DNA of 64,000 nucleotides from a virus. The notes under the pieces were generated by a model. It was not told where the DNA came from and did not search any database. It saw only the letters and a program-made list of their open reading frames with translations. Each line of letters opens with the position of its first letter. Position 1 is the stretch's first letter. The position numbers and the translations under genes were made by a program. The DNA lies in the IMG/VR virus record IMGVR_UViG_3300045988_069682, positions 1-64,000 of that record; one strand, 5' to 3'. This document shows positions 62,294 through 64,000 of the stretch, one piece after another.

Positions 62294-62923
62294 ATGGGAA
62301 ACAGAGCAGTTATTATCAGCAAAAAGGATATGAAGAACGGGAGAATCTCCCCTAACCAAATCGGAGTTTACTTGCACTGGAATGGCGGTCGTGATAGCGT
62401 GGAAGCTTTCTTGAGATATTGCGAATACAAAAACTACCGTACTCCAGATACCGACTGCTATGGCTGGGCAAGACTCTGCCAAGTAATCGGCAATTTCTTC
62501 GGCGGTAACACAAGCCTTGGCATCGATGTTGCAAAGAACCTTGATTGCGACAATGGAGATAACGGCGTTTACATCATCGAAGGTTGGGAAATTGTCGGAC
62601 GCAAATATTTTAACAGCAAGGAGCAAGACCACTATAGCATGTTTGATATGTTGTATGAAATTGATTCCGCCCAGCCTAAAGCGGAACAGCTTGGTAAAAA
62701 GTTTTGGGCTGCTGAAGAACTGCCACCAGAAGCAATGGATGTTGGCGATGAAGTTTTTATCAGAAACTGGGACGGAACATACTCGCTAGAAAAAATAGTG
62801 GGTTACAGCAATGATTTTCAATCTACTCCCTGTTACGAGCGAAACGGTAAGCAAATCCCGATTATGTCCTCTCTAGGCGGAAGTTATACGGATGATGTTT
62901 TCAGAGTATTGAAACAACTTTAA
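62294..62923 (+). CDS. hypothetical protein (209 aa)
   Basis: ACGGAGGAAGAGTAATT upstream. No motif recognised. Confidence 0.7.
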   Translation: MGNRAVIISKKDMKNGRISPNQIGVYLHWNGGRDSVEAFLRYCEYKNYRTPDTDCYGWARLCQVIGNFFGGNTSLGIDVAKNLDCDNGDNGVYIIEGWEIVGRKYFNSKEQDHYSMFDMLYEIDSAQPKAEQLGKKFWAAEELPPEAMDVGDEVFIRNWDGTYSLEKIVGYSNDFQSTPCYERNGKQIPIMSSLGGSYTDDVFRVLKQL

Positions 62924-63007
62924 TATGATTTAGTCTATTCACAGCCTACAAAATTAGATTTGTAGGTTGTGGCAGTGATTAAATCACTGGGAAAGAAGGA
63001 ATAAAAA

Positions 63008-63340
63008 ATGAATATTCAAATCATCAACCTGTGTCCGCACGAAATTAATATTAAGGACGCTAATGGTAAGCTGTGGAATCTGCCACCTAACGAGACTCCG
63101 GCAAGAGTGCTGACAGACTTTTGCCCTTCATTTTACGTCGGTGCAATAGGCGTGTTTACTAGACGTTTCATTGATAACGTCGACTTGCCACCAGTAACAG
63201 ACGGCACAATGTATATCGTTTCGCGGCAAGTTGCCACCTTCAACCCCAACAGAAGAGATTTAATGGTTCCCGGAGCCACTTATACGGAAAACGGCACCAC
63301 TTATTGCGTAGGTTTAGAGATTATCGAAGGGAGGCGCTAA
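63008..63340 (+). CDS. hypothetical protein (110 aa)
   Basis: GAAGGAATAAAAA upstream. Confidence 0.65.
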   Translation: MNIQIINLCPHEINIKDANGKLWNLPPNETPARVLTDFCPSFYVGAIGVFTRRFIDNVDLPPVTDGTMYIVSRQVATFNPNRRDLMVPGATYTENGTTYCVGLEIIEGRR

Positions 63341-63342
63341 TT

Positions 63343-63711
63343 TTGGAACGTGAATATGAATTTGATTATGGTTTTTGGGGAATGTATCCGAATGTTTTGG
63401 CATGTGGTGAGAAAGCGTTTGAGCTGCTTGGAGAGCACTTTGAAGTAAGCTCTTTAGAGCTTTCTGATATTGAAGATGCTGCCAAGTGGGATGTTCTCTC
63501 TGCTTTAGCAGAAGCTGAACGCCAAGGTAAAAATCCTTTTTATGATTCAGAACCGTTTATATTGTCTAATTTAATAAACCAGTATAAATTAGACCACTTA
63601 ATTGCCTATATTTGCAGAACCCAAGGATTGGATGAAGATGACTTCGAGCACGATGCCTACAATGACGGCACGCTAGTTGATGTGCGCTATAAAGGCGAAG
63701 TTATTGCATAA
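63343..63711 (+). CDS. hypothetical acidic protein (122 aa, TTG start)
   Basis: GGGAGG lies 8 nt upstream of the in-frame TTG at 63343. Confidence 0.55.
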   Translation: MEREYEFDYGFWGMYPNVLACGEKAFELLGEHFEVSSLELSDIEDAAKWDVLSALAEAERQGKNPFYDSEPFILSNLINQYKLDHLIAYICRTQGLDEDDFEHDAYNDGTLVDVRYKGEVIA

Positions 63712-63727
63712 AAGGAGGCGGAAACTG

Positions 63728-64000
63728 ATGAAAACTTATAAAACTTACAAAGATTTATACGATTATATTGAAATTGACAAGAACACCAACAGACACTCAC
63801 ACTACAGAAAGGGTGTGCTTACTATTGCCATGATGATGTTGGAACCTATTATATCTAGCAAGCCAGATTCTCCATTGCCCACCAGTTGGGATGTATTAAA
63901 AGACGATTTGTTGAACGGCGCTGACAATTTTCGCCAGTACGCTTTCACAGGTAATCCCTATGCGTATGACGAGGATATAGCGAAGCTGCTTCTTTCTCCG
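63728..64000 (+). CDS. hypothetical protein, 5' part only (runs off the window)
   Basis: AAGGAGGCGGAAACTG upstream of the ATG at 63728. The frame stays open for 91 codons to the window end. Confidence 0.6.
   Translation, partial: MKTYKTYKDLYDYIEIDKNTNRHSHYRKGVLTIAMMMLEPIISSKPDSPLPTSWDVLKDDLLNGADNFRQYAFTGNPYAYDEDIAKLLLSP

Noticed and set aside
1-64000. Stop-codon reassignment or an alternative genetic code
   Set aside because: Long uninterrupted ORFs with all three standard stops at sensible gene ends. The only tRNAs are Thr (one complete, one partial), and no suppressor-type anticodon is present.

Overview
The whole 64-kb window reads as one temperate bacteriophage genome from a Firmicutes/Bacillota-type host. 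The host call rests on strong AGGAGG Shine-Dalgarno sites, XRE-type switch proteins, an Amidase_2 endolysin and collagen-like fibres. The genome appears to be in its excised or circular (attP) form, and I see no clear host gene. Both window edges cut through phage gene blocks, so the genome is larger than 64 kb.

Layout:
(1) 75-13,976, minus strand: early, replication and recombination genes. These are a Cro-like protein, an Xis-like protein, a LysM protein, YqaJ exonuclease + RecT, two replisome-organizer paralogues, a G39P-like loader, several Zn-ribbon proteins, a Lar-like protein, a small DNA methyltransferase, ThyX, an HTH-dUTPase fusion and RusA.
(2) 14,001-16,800: the immunity and integration module. 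It has three 15-bp operators with divergent consensus promoters, a cI-like repressor, a tyrosine integrase, and an attP that carries the 3' half of a tRNA-Thr(CGU).
(3) 16,813-54,824, minus strand, transcribed right to left: terS, terL, portal, scaffold, major capsid, an intact tRNA-Thr(UGU), adaptor-like paralogues, fibre genes (one collagen-like), a Hint-domain protein, an RGG/Gly-rich protein and one roughly 3,840-aa ORF. These are followed by a lysis cassette, a sigma-region-4-like gene and a terminator-bounded 5-gene accessory module next to attP. I recognise no tape-measure, tail-tube or sheath gene, so a short-tailed virion with an internal ejection-protein set is inferred.
(4) 54,885-55,755: an 870-bp AT-rich, repeat-dense control region.
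(5) 55,765 to the window end, plus strand: at least 23 small tightly packed genes, including RadC/JAB and several very acidic or Cys-rich proteins. This block contains two strong terminators and a duplicated structured leader element.

All functional calls come from motifs read by eye. No database search was run. Most proteins remain hypothetical, and start codons were refined only where an SD or an overlap was visible.

The best candidates for something new are:
- the giant multi-module virion protein and its Hint and RGG neighbours
- the accessory module at 16.8-19.2 kb
- the conserved-flank, variable-stem RNA element
- the HTH-dUTPase fusion
- the early small-gene island
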